Assembly: GCA_044344255.1 (NCBI GenBank)
Contig: JBIJDH010000005.1
Span: 1 to 64,000, forward strand
Source of the DNA: Myxococcota bacterium
Lineage (GTDB): Bacteria; Myxococcota_A; UBA796; UBA2385
Reading direction: 5' to 3'
Length of the DNA: 64,000 nt
Shown here: positions 41,107-49,835 of the stretch, in pieces
How positions within the stretch are numbered: position 1 is the first letter of the stretch
Layout of the letters: the number at the start of each line of letters is the position of its first letter
Program-made: the position numbers and the translations under genes
Notes under the pieces: model-generated
What the model was told of the DNA's origin: nothing
The model's database searches: none
What the model saw: only the letters and a program-made list of their open reading frames with translations

Positions 41107-42252
41107 ATGAACCGCCTCTCTCTCCTCTGCGCCGCCGCCCTCGCCCTCGCCTCCAGCTCGGCCTTCGCCGGTCACGCCGGAGAGCGGGTGCCCTTCTCCA
41201 CGGGCTCCGGCCAGTCCCTCGCCGTGCGCGCCGACGGCAGCGTCTGGGGCTTCGGGGCCAACACCAGCGGCGAGCTCGGCGAGCCCGCCTTCGGCTCCTA
41301 CGAGAGCTCCCCCGGGCAGCTCACCTCGCTCAGCGGCGGCACCGCGGTGGCCTCCGGCATGTACTTCGGGATGGTGCTCACGGTGGACGGCCTCGTGCAC
41401 ACCTTCGGCCAGAACACCTATGGCCAGCTCGGCGACGGCACCACCACGAGCCGCACCTCTCCGGTGACCGTGTCGGGGGTCACCGGCGCCACGGCCATCG
41501 CCGCTGGCACCAACCATGCGGTGGTGCTGCTCGACGACGGGACCGCGGTGGCCTTCGGCCAGGGCACGAGCGGGCAGCTCGGCAACGCGGCCAATTCGCA
41601 CTCGAGCTCCGCGGTGGCCGTCTCCGGTCTCATCGACGCCGTCTCCGTCGCCGCCAGCCAGAACGCCTCCTACGCCGTCACCGCGGAGGGGGACCTCTAT
41701 GTTTGGGGCGGCAATGACTACGGCAACCTCGGGCTCGGCAATCACAACGCCAAGAACGTGGCGACCCTGGTGAGCGCCCTCTCCGACGTGCGGCAGGTGA
41801 CCGCCGGCGCCCACCATGTGCTGGCGCTGCTCGCCGATGGCACGGTCTACGCCTGGGGCGGCAACTATTCGGGCCAGGTCGGCAACGGCACGACCACCGC
41901 TGCGCTCAGCCCCGTGCAGGTGGCGGGCCTCTCCAACATCGTGGCGATCGGCGCCGCGGGCACCTCGTCCTACGCCCTCGCCGCGGACGGTGCGGTCTAT
42001 GCCTGGGGTTCGGACGGCTCCGGCCAGCTCTGCAACGGCGGCAGCAACAGCTCGTCCACCTCGCCCACGGTCATCTCGGCGCCCGCCGTCTCGCCGACCT
42101 CCCTCTCGACCGGCGTGAACGCGTCGCACGTCGTGATGGCGCAGGCCGACGGCGCCGCTGTCTCCTGCGGTAACAACTGGTCGGGCCAGCTCGGCCTCGG
42201 GACGATGAACGCGGGCTCCGGCAGCCCGGCCACCGTCGTCCCCAACTGGTAG
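41107..42252 (+). CDS. Secreted RCC1/BLIP-II repeat beta-propeller protein
   Basis: Signal peptide ..SAFA; repeated DGxVxxWGxNxxGQLG..IAAGxxH units; GAGG SD. Confidence 0.92.
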   Translation: MNRLSLLCAAALALASSSAFAGHAGERVPFSTGSGQSLAVRADGSVWGFGANTSGELGEPAFGSYESSPGQLTSLSGGTAVASGMYFGMVLTVDGLVHTFGQNTYGQLGDGTTTSRTSPVTVSGVTGATAIAAGTNHAVVLLDDGTAVAFGQGTSGQLGNAANSHSSSAVAVSGLIDAVSVAASQNASYAVTAEGDLYVWGGNDYGNLGLGNHNAKNVATLVSALSDVRQVTAGAHHVLALLADGTVYAWGGNYSGQVGNGTTTAALSPVQVAGLSNIVAIGAAGTSSYALAADGAVYAWGSDGSGQLCNGGSNSSSTSPTVISAPAVSPTSLSTGVNASHVVMAQADGAAVSCGNNWSGQLGLGTMNAGSGSPATVVPNW

Positions 42253-42261
42253 GGAGGCCAA

Positions 42262-42289
42262 TCCCCGCCGGCTCAGGCGCCGGCGGGGA
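42262..42289. terminator. GC-rich hairpin between convergent genes
   Basis: TCCCCGCCGGC-TCAGGC-GCCGGCGGGGA, 11-bp perfect stem; no U-tract. Confidence 0.5.
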
Positions 42290-43880
42290 GCGGGGGCTCG
42301 CTCGGCAGCCAGAGCACGAACAGCGCCCCGCCGAGCTCCGGGGAGCGGCCCTCCCAGCGGAGGGAGCCCCCGTGGCGCTCGGCGGTGCTGCGGGCGATCG
42401 CGAGGCCGAGGCCGGTGCCCGCCCGCGGTCCGTCCCGGCCGCGCCCGGTGGCGAAGGGCTGGAAGAGGCGGGAGACGATCGGCTCGGGCACCCCCGGCCC
42501 GTCGTCTTCGACGTGCAGCTCGACCCCGCCTGCTTTCTCCGCGAGCTGGAGCCGCACCCGCCCCGGAGCGCCCTCTGCCGCCGGAGGGCGGGCGGCGGCG
42601 AGGCGTGCGTTGTCGATGAGGATGGCGAGGAGCCGCATCACCTGGGAGAGGTCGGCTTGGACCGGGCCGGGAGCGCCCTCCACGGTGACAGCGGGTGGGG
42701 GGTCGAGGGGGAGGGCCCGCTCACACTCCCGGCTCACCAGCTCCGCCGCGGCCTGGAGGTCGATCGGGCGGAGCTGCAGGGGGGCCGGTCGGCCGTACTC
42801 GAGCAGCTCATCGGCGAAGCGGGCGGCCCGATCGACCTGATCGCGGATCTCGTCGATCGCTGGGCTCGGGCCGGTGAGCCGCTCCTGCACCCGGCTGGCC
42901 GCCATGATCACGCCGAGCGGGTTGCGCACCTCGTGGGCCACGGCCGAGGCCAGGGCCCCGAGCTCGGCCAGGCGGACCGCGTGCTCGGAGCGGGCCTCGC
43001 TCTCGGCGAGGGCGCGGACAAGGCCCTCCACGTCGCCCTTCCCGGGCACCAGCCGCCCGGCCAGCCAGCCCCGGAGGCCGCTCAAGAAGGGCTGGCCGAC
43101 GAGCACCAGCAGGAAGAGCAGCACGGCGGTGCTGGCCGCGTCCCAGAGGTCGGCACCGACGGGGTCAGGCCGCTTCACGAGCACGAGCACGGCGGTGAGG
43201 TAGGCCGTGGTGAGCAGGGCGGCGGTCACGGAGTAGCGGAGCGAGCCCTCGACGAAGCGGCCGAAGCTCGGCAGCCGGGTCGACTGCAACACCCAGGCGA
43301 CGAGGGTGAGGCCGCCGAGCACCATATAGAGGCCCGCGGGGGAGGCGTCACCGAGGATCAGCAGCAGGACGTTGAAGCCACCCCCCCAGGTGCTGAGCAG
43401 GCCGCCGAGGAGGAGGTACCGCAGCCGCTCGCGCTCCCCGGGCGCCGCCCCGCGGAGGGCGCGGGCGAGCTCGACCACCGGCCAGAAGGAGAGGGCGCCG
43501 CCCGTGCTGAGCATCAGCGGGAAGAGGGGCCCCGGCACGGTGCCCGCCTCGCGGAGGAAGACCCCGGGTGCGACGGCGCCGACGAGGCTGAAGGCGGTCG
43601 CCAGCCCGTAGAACCCATTGACGAGCCGCCGCTCGCCGCCGCGGCCGGTGCCCTCGCGGACCGCGTGCAGCAGGCCCGCGGGCACGAAGAAGCCGAGCAT
43701 CAACAGGCGCTCTCCTGTCGCGGCGGTGGCAGGGAGCAGCGTGAGCAGCACGCTCGTCGCCCAGCCGACGAGGCCGAAGCAGAAGGCCGCGAGGGCGGGC
43801 AGCCGCCGGAGGGCGCGGAGCCCGAGCGTGAGGGAGACGCCGATGATCGGCAGCAGGGCGGCGAGGGCGGCGGAGCTCAT
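42273..43880 (-). CDS. Orphan multi-TM sensor histidine kinase
   Basis: AHEVRNPL H-box, IDNA, EDDGPG, FQPF, GTGLGL; many N-terminal TM helices. Confidence 0.92.
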   Translation of the reverse strand: MSSAALAALLPIIGVSLTLGLRALRRLPALAAFCFGLVGWATSVLLTLLPATAATGERLLMLGFFVPAGLLHAVREGTGRGGERRLVNGFYGLATAFSLVGAVAPGVFLREAGTVPGPLFPLMLSTGGALSFWPVVELARALRGAAPGERERLRYLLLGGLLSTWGGGFNVLLLILGDASPAGLYMVLGGLTLVAWVLQSTRLPSFGRFVEGSLRYSVTAALLTTAYLTAVLVLVKRPDPVGADLWDAASTAVLLFLLVLVGQPFLSGLRGWLAGRLVPGKGDVEGLVRALAESEARSEHAVRLAELGALASAVAHEVRNPLGVIMAASRVQERLTGPSPAIDEIRDQVDRAARFADELLEYGRPAPLQLRPIDLQAAAELVSRECERALPLDPPPAVTVEGAPGPVQADLSQVMRLLAILIDNARLAAARPPAAEGAPGRVRLQLAEKAGGVELHVEDDGPGVPEPIVSRLFQPFATGRGRDGPRAGTGLGLAIARSTAERHGGSLRWEGRSPELGGALFVLWLPSEPPLPAGA

Positions 43881-43887
43881 CGCCAGA

Positions 43888-43935
43888 GTCTATCGACCTC
43901 GGGGTCTATCGACCTCGGGGTCTATCGACCTCGGG
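43888..43935. repeat. Perfect 16-bp triple tandem repeat overlapping the kinase promoter
   Basis: GTCTATCGACCTCGGG x3, 7 bp upstream of the histidine kinase ATG. Confidence 0.95.
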
Positions 43936-43962
43936 CCGAGGCGCTCCGAGGGGGGCCGCGGG

Positions 43963-45162
43963 TCACCTCAAGCGGGTGAGGCAGGCCTGATAGCGCTTCT
44001 CCACGTTCTCGGCGAACCAGGCGGTGGTCTTCTTGCCCTGCAGCTTCGGGGAGTCGAGGGTGACGTCCGGCAGGCGGGCGTAGGCGGGGCTCCGCTTCGT
44101 CTTGGCCTTGTAGGCCTTGCGCACGGCGGCCCAGGTGGCGGTCTCCTCGAAGGCGCGGTCCTTCTCGAGGTCGAGGTCGCGAGAGATCTGCTCGACCGTC
44201 AGGCCGAGGCGCGCGGACAGGCTGATCAAGGCGCGCTCGGTCTGACCTGCGGTCTCGGCGCGACGGCCACCCTCGGTGTAACGGACGAGGTCGCCGTCGA
44301 GGGTGAGCGGGAGCCCGGTGATGGCGGCGACCTGCTCCTGAAACGCAGCGTTACGACTCGAATACAGGCCCGCGTTGTAGTCGGCGAAGCGGTACTTCGT
44401 CTTGTCGTAGCCGGCCTCCCAGCCGAGCAGCCGGGCGGTGCCGTAGTGCAGGCAGCCGCCTCGGGTGTAGAGGGCGTCCCGCACGGATTCGCTGCGCTGA
44501 TCGTGGGCCTCTCGGGCATGGTCCTCCGCGAAGTCCACCTTGACCTGCATGCAGCCGGCGGTGGTGATCGGGTTCATCGCGCCCACGTCGTAGCCAGCGA
44601 TCGAGGCCGCCTTCTCGGCGAGCTGGGTGGCGACGGGGGCCTCGTCGCGCACCCAGGAGACGAAGTCGCGGTAGGTGCGGTCGAGGTCTTGCTCGGTGCG
44701 GGCGGCGTGCAGGCGGTCGTTCCAGCTCTTTGACTGACCGGCGGGCCGGGTGTCGAGCATCTTCTGGACCCCGAAGGCCATGGCCTCCCCCTTCACCCCG
44801 CCGAGCTCGGCTTGTTTCTCGGCGATCCAGGCGTCTACCATCCGACCGATGCCGGGGACGACGGGGTCTGGGGCGTAGCCGCTCTCCTGCTCGACGATCG
44901 CGACGGCGGCGCAGACGTTGCCCACGGTGGGCGGGATGTGGTCGAAGGCGAGGGCCACGGAGAGGTCAGCGGCCCAGCCCTGGCGGGCCTTCACGCGGTC
45001 GGCGGGGAAGGCCAGGGCCATCCGCTCCACCGTCAGCGTCCGCTGCTCCAAGGGCACCGGGGGCGGCGCGGCCTTGGGCGGGAGCTCGGCCGGGGCGGCC
45101 GTCTCTGGGCTCTTCTTGGGGCAGCCGAGCAGGAGCAGCCCGACCCACGGCGCGAGGCGCAA
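43963..45162 (-). CDS. DUF1615 (YaiW-like) lipoprotein
   Basis: LLGC lipobox; GWAAD..NVCAAVAIVEQESGY..DPVVPG; YRFADYNAGLYSSRNAAFQ; SPKL..TTAWFA..RYQAC. Confidence 0.85.
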   Translation of the reverse strand: MRLAPWVGLLLLGCPKKSPETAAPAELPPKAAPPPVPLEQRTLTVERMALAFPADRVKARQGWAADLSVALAFDHIPPTVGNVCAAVAIVEQESGYAPDPVVPGIGRMVDAWIAEKQAELGGVKGEAMAFGVQKMLDTRPAGQSKSWNDRLHAARTEQDLDRTYRDFVSWVRDEAPVATQLAEKAASIAGYDVGAMNPITTAGCMQVKVDFAEDHAREAHDQRSESVRDALYTRGGCLHYGTARLLGWEAGYDKTKYRFADYNAGLYSSRNAAFQEQVAAITGLPLTLDGDLVRYTEGGRRAETAGQTERALISLSARLGLTVEQISRDLDLEKDRAFEETATWAAVRKAYKAKTKRSPAYARLPDVTLDSPKLQGKKTTAWFAENVEKRYQACLTRLR

Positions 45163-45173
45163 GGGCGGCGGCC

Positions 45174-46475
45174 TCAGAGGTCGCGCAGGGGCTCGTCGAG
45201 CCGCCAGAGCTCTCGCCGCTCCCGCAGCGGGGCCCCGATCCGCTTCGCGAAGGCCTGGACCAGCTCGTGGTTGAAGTCGGTGATGGAGTCGACGTTCCAG
45301 TGGCTGAGCAGCCCGCCCGTGTACCAGACCCCCTTGTCTCCTTGAGCCTCGGCGATGAAGCGCGGGAGGTCGGCCTTGAGCTGCGCGGGGGAGTAACGTA
45401 TGTTATACCGCCATAATCTGTCGATCTTGATCTCGATCTCCTTGAGGCCGACGATGCGGGCGGCGTCGTCGATCATCCGCTGCCGGTGCCCCTCGAGGGA
45501 GAGGCCGCGCTCGGCGTAGGCGCAGAGCTGCCCCACGGAGCGCGTGCCGTCGCCGCCGTTTCGGCGGATGGTGAGCAGGCGGCCGCGCGCGTTGGTGCTG
45601 CAGGCGGGCAGGTAACAGCGGCTCGCCGCAAATTTGGGCCAGCTCCGCGCCCGCCACACCGCGCTGTACACGCGCGAGGCCTCGAAGGGGCCGAATCGGT
45701 CGCGGAGGGGGGCGGACAGGGGGCTCTCGAGGGCGTCGAGCGGGCAGGCGATGAAGACGTGGTCGAAGGGCCCCTGGTCAACCGGCGCGTCCAGCGTCCA
45801 GCCGCTCGGGCCGCGCTGGAGGCCCTTGATCGTCGTGTTGAGGTGAATCTTCGCCTGGGAGCGCTCGGCGAGGCGTCGCCAGAGGGTCTCGAAGCCGGCC
45901 GGGATGTGCGCGGTGCGGCCCAGCTCACCCGTATAGAAGAGGGAGGGGCGCATCCAGGTCAGCGCGTTGTGGGCCGTGACCGCGGGGATCGGGCCGTAGA
46001 GCTGCGCGGTCAGGCCGGCGGCGAAGGAGAAGGACTCCACCAGCGCTCCGAGGCCGCGCTCGCGGAGCCAGGCGTCGAAGCGCTGGTGGTTGGCGGCGTC
46101 CGAGGGCAGCTCCATCTGGCCCGAGCGGTGCCAACGCCACCACTCGGCGACGAACTTCACCATCAGCCCGGGGTCAGGGGAGGGGTGCTCCACCTCTCGC
46201 CCCGCATCATCGAGCATGGTCGCTTTTGGCAAGACCTCGGCCGGGCAGCCGACCTCGGCGGCGAGGTCGCGCACGATTCGGTAGCCGGCCGTGAGGTAGG
46301 CGGTGCCGAGCTCTACCTTCACGTCATCGACGATGTAGGTCTGGCTCTGCCCGCCCACCTCACCGGAGGCCTCGAAGAGCTCGACCGAGAGGTGCGAGAG
46401 CGGGCGGAGCTGCGCCGCGAGGGTGACGCCGGCGGGGCCGGCGCCGATGATGGCCACACGGAGGTCTTGGGTCAT
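45174..46475 (-). CDS. FAD-dependent oxidoreductase, similar in layout to polyunsaturated fatty acid isomerases
   Basis: VAIIGAGPAG, FEASGEVGG, ELGTAY; C-terminal QGDKGVWYTGGLLS. Confidence 0.8.
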   Translation of the reverse strand: MTQDLRVAIIGAGPAGVTLAAQLRPLSHLSVELFEASGEVGGQSQTYIVDDVKVELGTAYLTAGYRIVRDLAAEVGCPAEVLPKATMLDDAGREVEHPSPDPGLMVKFVAEWWRWHRSGQMELPSDAANHQRFDAWLRERGLGALVESFSFAAGLTAQLYGPIPAVTAHNALTWMRPSLFYTGELGRTAHIPAGFETLWRRLAERSQAKIHLNTTIKGLQRGPSGWTLDAPVDQGPFDHVFIACPLDALESPLSAPLRDRFGPFEASRVYSAVWRARSWPKFAASRCYLPACSTNARGRLLTIRRNGGDGTRSVGQLCAYAERGLSLEGHRQRMIDDAARIVGLKEIEIKIDRLWRYNIRYSPAQLKADLPRFIAEAQGDKGVWYTGGLLSHWNVDSITDFNHELVQAFAKRIGAPLRERRELWRLDEPLRDL

Positions 46476-46509
46476 GCGTCGGCTTAACGTGGCGGGCTAT
46501 GGTGCCGCG

Positions 46510-46932
46510 ATGGACTTTCTGCGGCGCTTCACCCTCTTCTTGGCCCTGTCGCTCTGCCCCTCCGGCTGCGCGCGGCCGGTGTACCAGTCCGGCAAGGCGA
46601 GCTGGTACGGGCGCGCGCTGGCGGGTCGGTCGATGGCCAACGGGGACCCCTTCCGGCCCTGGCGCCGCACCGCCGCCCACAAGAGTCTCCCCTTCGGCAC
46701 CGTCGTCCGGGTGACCCGCAGCGACACGGGACAGAGCGTGCGGGTCGTGATCACCGACCGGGGGCCCTATGCGAAGGGGCGCGTGATCGACCTCGCCCGC
46801 CGCCCGGCGCGACGCATCGGGATGCTCGACGCCGGCGTAGTCCCCGTCGAGCTGCGGGTGGTCGGCTGTCGGGAGCGGCGGGGGCCCTGCGATCGCGACA
46901 CGTCCGGGCTATGGCGGGCCCCCGGGGGGTGA
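46510..46932 (+). CDS. rlpA: RlpA-family septal ring lytic transglycosylase (DPBB domain only)
   Basis: GKASWYG..ANG..TAAHKSLPFGT..VVITDRGPY..RVIDL; lipobox-like PSGC. Confidence 0.88.
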   Translation: MDFLRRFTLFLALSLCPSGCARPVYQSGKASWYGRALAGRSMANGDPFRPWRRTAAHKSLPFGTVVRVTRSDTGQSVRVVITDRGPYAKGRVIDLARRPARRIGMLDAGVVPVELRVVGCRERRGPCDRDTSGLWRAPGG

Positions 46933-46934
46933 GG

Positions 46935-48134
46935 ATGGAGCTCTGGAGCGCGGCGCAGCAGGGGTGGGGGCACACGAACTCTCGCGCCGCGATGGTGCTC
47001 GTCGCCTCGCTCGTCCTCGCGGGGTTGATCGATCTGCTCTTCGTGCGGATGCTCGCCTCGCTGAGCCGCCGCACCGCCAACCGGCTCGACGACGCGCTGG
47101 TGCTCGTGCTCTCGCGGCCGCTGGCGGTGACGGTGGCCTTGGGCGGTGCCTGGTACGCCGCCTCTTCCCTCCTCCCGGTTGATCCGCTCCTCTCCGCGCT
47201 CCGCGGGATGTTGGCCTCGGGCGCTGTCTTCTTGTGGGTTCGGGCGGGCTTCCTGGCGGTCCGGGCTCTGCTGGCGCATTGGGGCACGGGTCACCCGGGG
47301 GGCACGCCGGTCCACCCGCGCACGCTCCCCTTGCTGGACGTGCTCGGCAAGACGGTGTTGATCGCCGGCGGCCTATACTTCTTGTTGCTCGCCTGGGGGA
47401 TCGACGTCACCGCCTGGCTGGCCTCGGCCGGCATGTTGAGCCTCGCCTTCGGCTTCGCGGCCAAGGACTCGCTGGCGAACCTGTTCGCCGGGATCTTCAT
47501 CCTCGCGGACGCCCCGTACAAGATCGGCGACATGCTGTACCTCGACGACGGCACCCGAGGGAAGGTCACCGAGGTGGGCCTCCGCAGCACGCGGATGATC
47601 ACGCGGGACGACATCGAGATCAACATCCCCAACTCGCTGATGGCCTCGGCCCGCATCGTCAACGAGAGCGGCGGCCCCCTCACCCGCGAGCGGGTGCGCT
47701 GCCCCGTGCCGGTGGCCTATGGCTGTGATGTCGACCACGTCCGCGCCGCGCTCATCGACGCCGCTCGGCATGTAGAGGGCGTCGTGATCGACGACCCCGA
47801 GGTAGAGCCGAGGATGCGGTTCCGCGCCTTCGGCGAGGCCGGCTTCAGCCTCGAGGTGCTGGTCTGGATCCGCGATCCGGCGGACCGCGGGATCATGGTG
47901 GACCGCCTCATCGTGGCGCTCTACCAGCGGATGCAGGTCGAGGGCATCGAGGTCGGCGTGCCCGTGCGCTTGATCCGCAACCTTCAAGGTCCAGGGGTCG
48001 ATCCCCCGACGGGGGGTGCGCCGGTGTCGCCCACCCTGGGGCCGAGGCCCGCCCGAGCGGCCGGCCCCTCGGTGGGTGAGGGGGCGCCCGACGACCCCGA
48101 GCGCTCCGTGCCAGAGGGTGACCCAGTTCGGTGA
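46935..48134 (+). CDS. mscS: Small-conductance mechanosensitive channel
   Basis: GFAAKDSLANLFAGIFIL..PYKIGD..GKVTEVGLRST..IPNS. Confidence 0.9.
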   Translation: MELWSAAQQGWGHTNSRAAMVLVASLVLAGLIDLLFVRMLASLSRRTANRLDDALVLVLSRPLAVTVALGGAWYAASSLLPVDPLLSALRGMLASGAVFLWVRAGFLAVRALLAHWGTGHPGGTPVHPRTLPLLDVLGKTVLIAGGLYFLLLAWGIDVTAWLASAGMLSLAFGFAAKDSLANLFAGIFILADAPYKIGDMLYLDDGTRGKVTEVGLRSTRMITRDDIEINIPNSLMASARIVNESGGPLTRERVRCPVPVAYGCDVDHVRAALIDAARHVEGVVIDDPEVEPRMRFRAFGEAGFSLEVLVWIRDPADRGIMVDRLIVALYQRMQVEGIEVGVPVRLIRNLQGPGVDPPTGGAPVSPTLGPRPARAAGPSVGEGAPDDPERSVPEGDPVR

Positions 48135-48194
48135 CCCAATTCAATGAAGTCGGGTTAGCCCGAGGCCTCGGAGGTTGAACCCCCGGAGGTTGAA
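48117..48194. repeat. Two short tandem duplications: mscS stop region (13 bp) and fur RBS (15-bp period)
   Basis: GGTGACCCAGTTC GGTGACCCAATTC (48117-48142); CGGAGGTTGAA at 48169 and 48184. Confidence 0.75.
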
Positions 48195-48671
48195 GTGGGA
48201 GAGGCCGCCCCGGTCGATGCGCTGGAGGCCCTCCAGCTCCGGCTGGACCGTCACATCGAGCAGAAGGGCCTGAAGTTCACCCGCCAGCGGCAGGTGATCC
48301 TCGAGACCTTCGTGGAGCTTGGGGGGCACGCGGCCGTCGATGAGCTCCTCTCCCGGGTCCAGGTGCGGATGCCGGGCGTCGGCCACGCCACCATCTACCG
48401 GACGATGAAGCTCTTCACCGAGGCCGGCGTGGCGCATGAGCGCCGCTTCGACGACGGTCAGACCCGCTACGAGCCCGTCGTGGTGGGTCATGACCACCAC
48501 GACCACCTGATCTGCCGAACCTGCGGGCACATCTTCGAGTTCGACGAGCCGGAGATCGAGCGCCTGCAGTGTGAGGTGGCGGCCCGTCACGGCCTGCGGA
48601 TCGTCGCGCATCGCCACGACATCTGGGGGGAGTGCACCCTCGGGCCCACCTGCCCGCACAAGGCGGGCTGA
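48195..48671 (+). CDS. fur: Fur-family transcriptional regulator
   Basis: GLKFTRQRQVIL, ATIYRTM, HHDHLICRTCG; GGAGG SD before GTG; metal specificity not determinable. Confidence 0.9.
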   Translation: MGEAAPVDALEALQLRLDRHIEQKGLKFTRQRQVILETFVELGGHAAVDELLSRVQVRMPGVGHATIYRTMKLFTEAGVAHERRFDDGQTRYEPVVVGHDHHDHLICRTCGHIFEFDEPEIERLQCEVAARHGLRIVAHRHDIWGECTLGPTCPHKAG

Positions 48672-48829
48672 GGGCCGGGGAGCGGGGAGCGGGGGAGCGG
48701 GGGAGCGGGGCATCGTCCGCTCGAGTGGACAGCACGCAGGCGCGGGGCGTCCAGGCGGGGAGACGCGCCGGAGAGCCCGGGCCGGACGAGATGACCGTAT
48801 AACCATGGTAATCCACCGCCGGTGGACGC

Positions 48830-48845
48830 TGGCACGTCGGGTGCT
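48830..48845 (+). promoter_or_regulatory. Sigma54 (-24/-12) promoter upstream of the L-domain / DCDD-FG-GAP operon
   Basis: TGGCACGTCGGGTGCT; AGGAGG SD starts about where the transcript would begin. Confidence 0.7.
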
Positions 48846-48871
48846 TGGGTGAGGCCCAGGAGGTCGTCATC

Positions 48872-49810
48872 ATGCGCCGCTCGACTTGGTTTGTCTTTGT
48901 CTCCGGGGTTTCGACGTGGCTCGGCGGATGCTCGATCGAGGACCTCCCCTTTTTCCCTTCGCTGCCGGAGCCCGACGACTCGGTCGAGGGCAGCGTGGTC
49001 GATGGCGGGGTCTACCTGCCACCCGAAGAGCCCGTCGTGGAGCTGGGAGAGGCTGACACCGACGACGCCGGCGACACCGGGGCCGAGGTGGAGGAGCCGG
49101 CCCTCGACGCGGATTATCCGGGTGATCTCGTGCTCAGCTCCGAGGGTGACATCGAGGCCTTCTGCGATGACTTCGTCGGCGTCGAGGGGGACCTCACGCT
49201 CACGGGCGACGCCCTCGTGTCGCTGCTCGGGCTCTCTTGCCTCGAGCGGATCGGCGGCGACCTGCGGGTGGAGTCGGCGCCGGCCCTCACGACCCTCCGG
49301 GGCCTCGAGGGGCTGCAGGGCCTCGACGGGTCGCTCACCATCCGGGACACGGTGGCGCTCACCGACCTCGACGGGCTCGGAGGCATCGTGCGGGTGAACG
49401 GTGATCTGGTCCTCGACTGGAACACCGCCCTCACGTCGCTCGAGGGCCTCTCCTCCCTGCAGATCGTCGGGGGCTCGCTGGAGCTGGGTCGCCTCCGCTA
49501 CGTGAGAGAGCTCTCCGGCCTCCGCTCGCTCAGCGGTGTGGGAGGAGACCTCGTCCTCGGCTCCCTCAACCGCCTCGAAGACCTGGACGGCCTCTCTGCG
49601 CTCAACCTGGTGGAGGGATCGCTGCTCATCGACGACAACGCGCAGCTCCAGCGGGTGGATGGGCTGTCGGGCATCGGCGGACTGGGGGGCGACCTTTCGA
49701 TCACTTTCAACCCCTGGTTGCCCACGAGCGAGGCGACTGCGCTGCGTGATAACATCGGCGTAGAGAACATCGCGGGCAGCGTCACCATCACGGGCAACGC
49801 CGAAGGGTGA
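48872..49810 (+). CDS. Lipoprotein with receptor-L-domain/LRR-like beta-helix repeats
   Basis: LGGC lipobox; about 25-aa repeats LxxLxGLxxLxxVGGxLxI. Confidence 0.85.
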   Translation: MRRSTWFVFVSGVSTWLGGCSIEDLPFFPSLPEPDDSVEGSVVDGGVYLPPEEPVVELGEADTDDAGDTGAEVEEPALDADYPGDLVLSSEGDIEAFCDDFVGVEGDLTLTGDALVSLLGLSCLERIGGDLRVESAPALTTLRGLEGLQGLDGSLTIRDTVALTDLDGLGGIVRVNGDLVLDWNTALTSLEGLSSLQIVGGSLELGRLRYVRELSGLRSLSGVGGDLVLGSLNRLEDLDGLSALNLVEGSLLIDDNAQLQRVDGLSGIGGLGGDLSITFNPWLPTSEATALRDNIGVENIAGSVTITGNAEG

Positions 49811-49835
49811 CCGCTCCGCCTCTCCGGGGCTCCTC

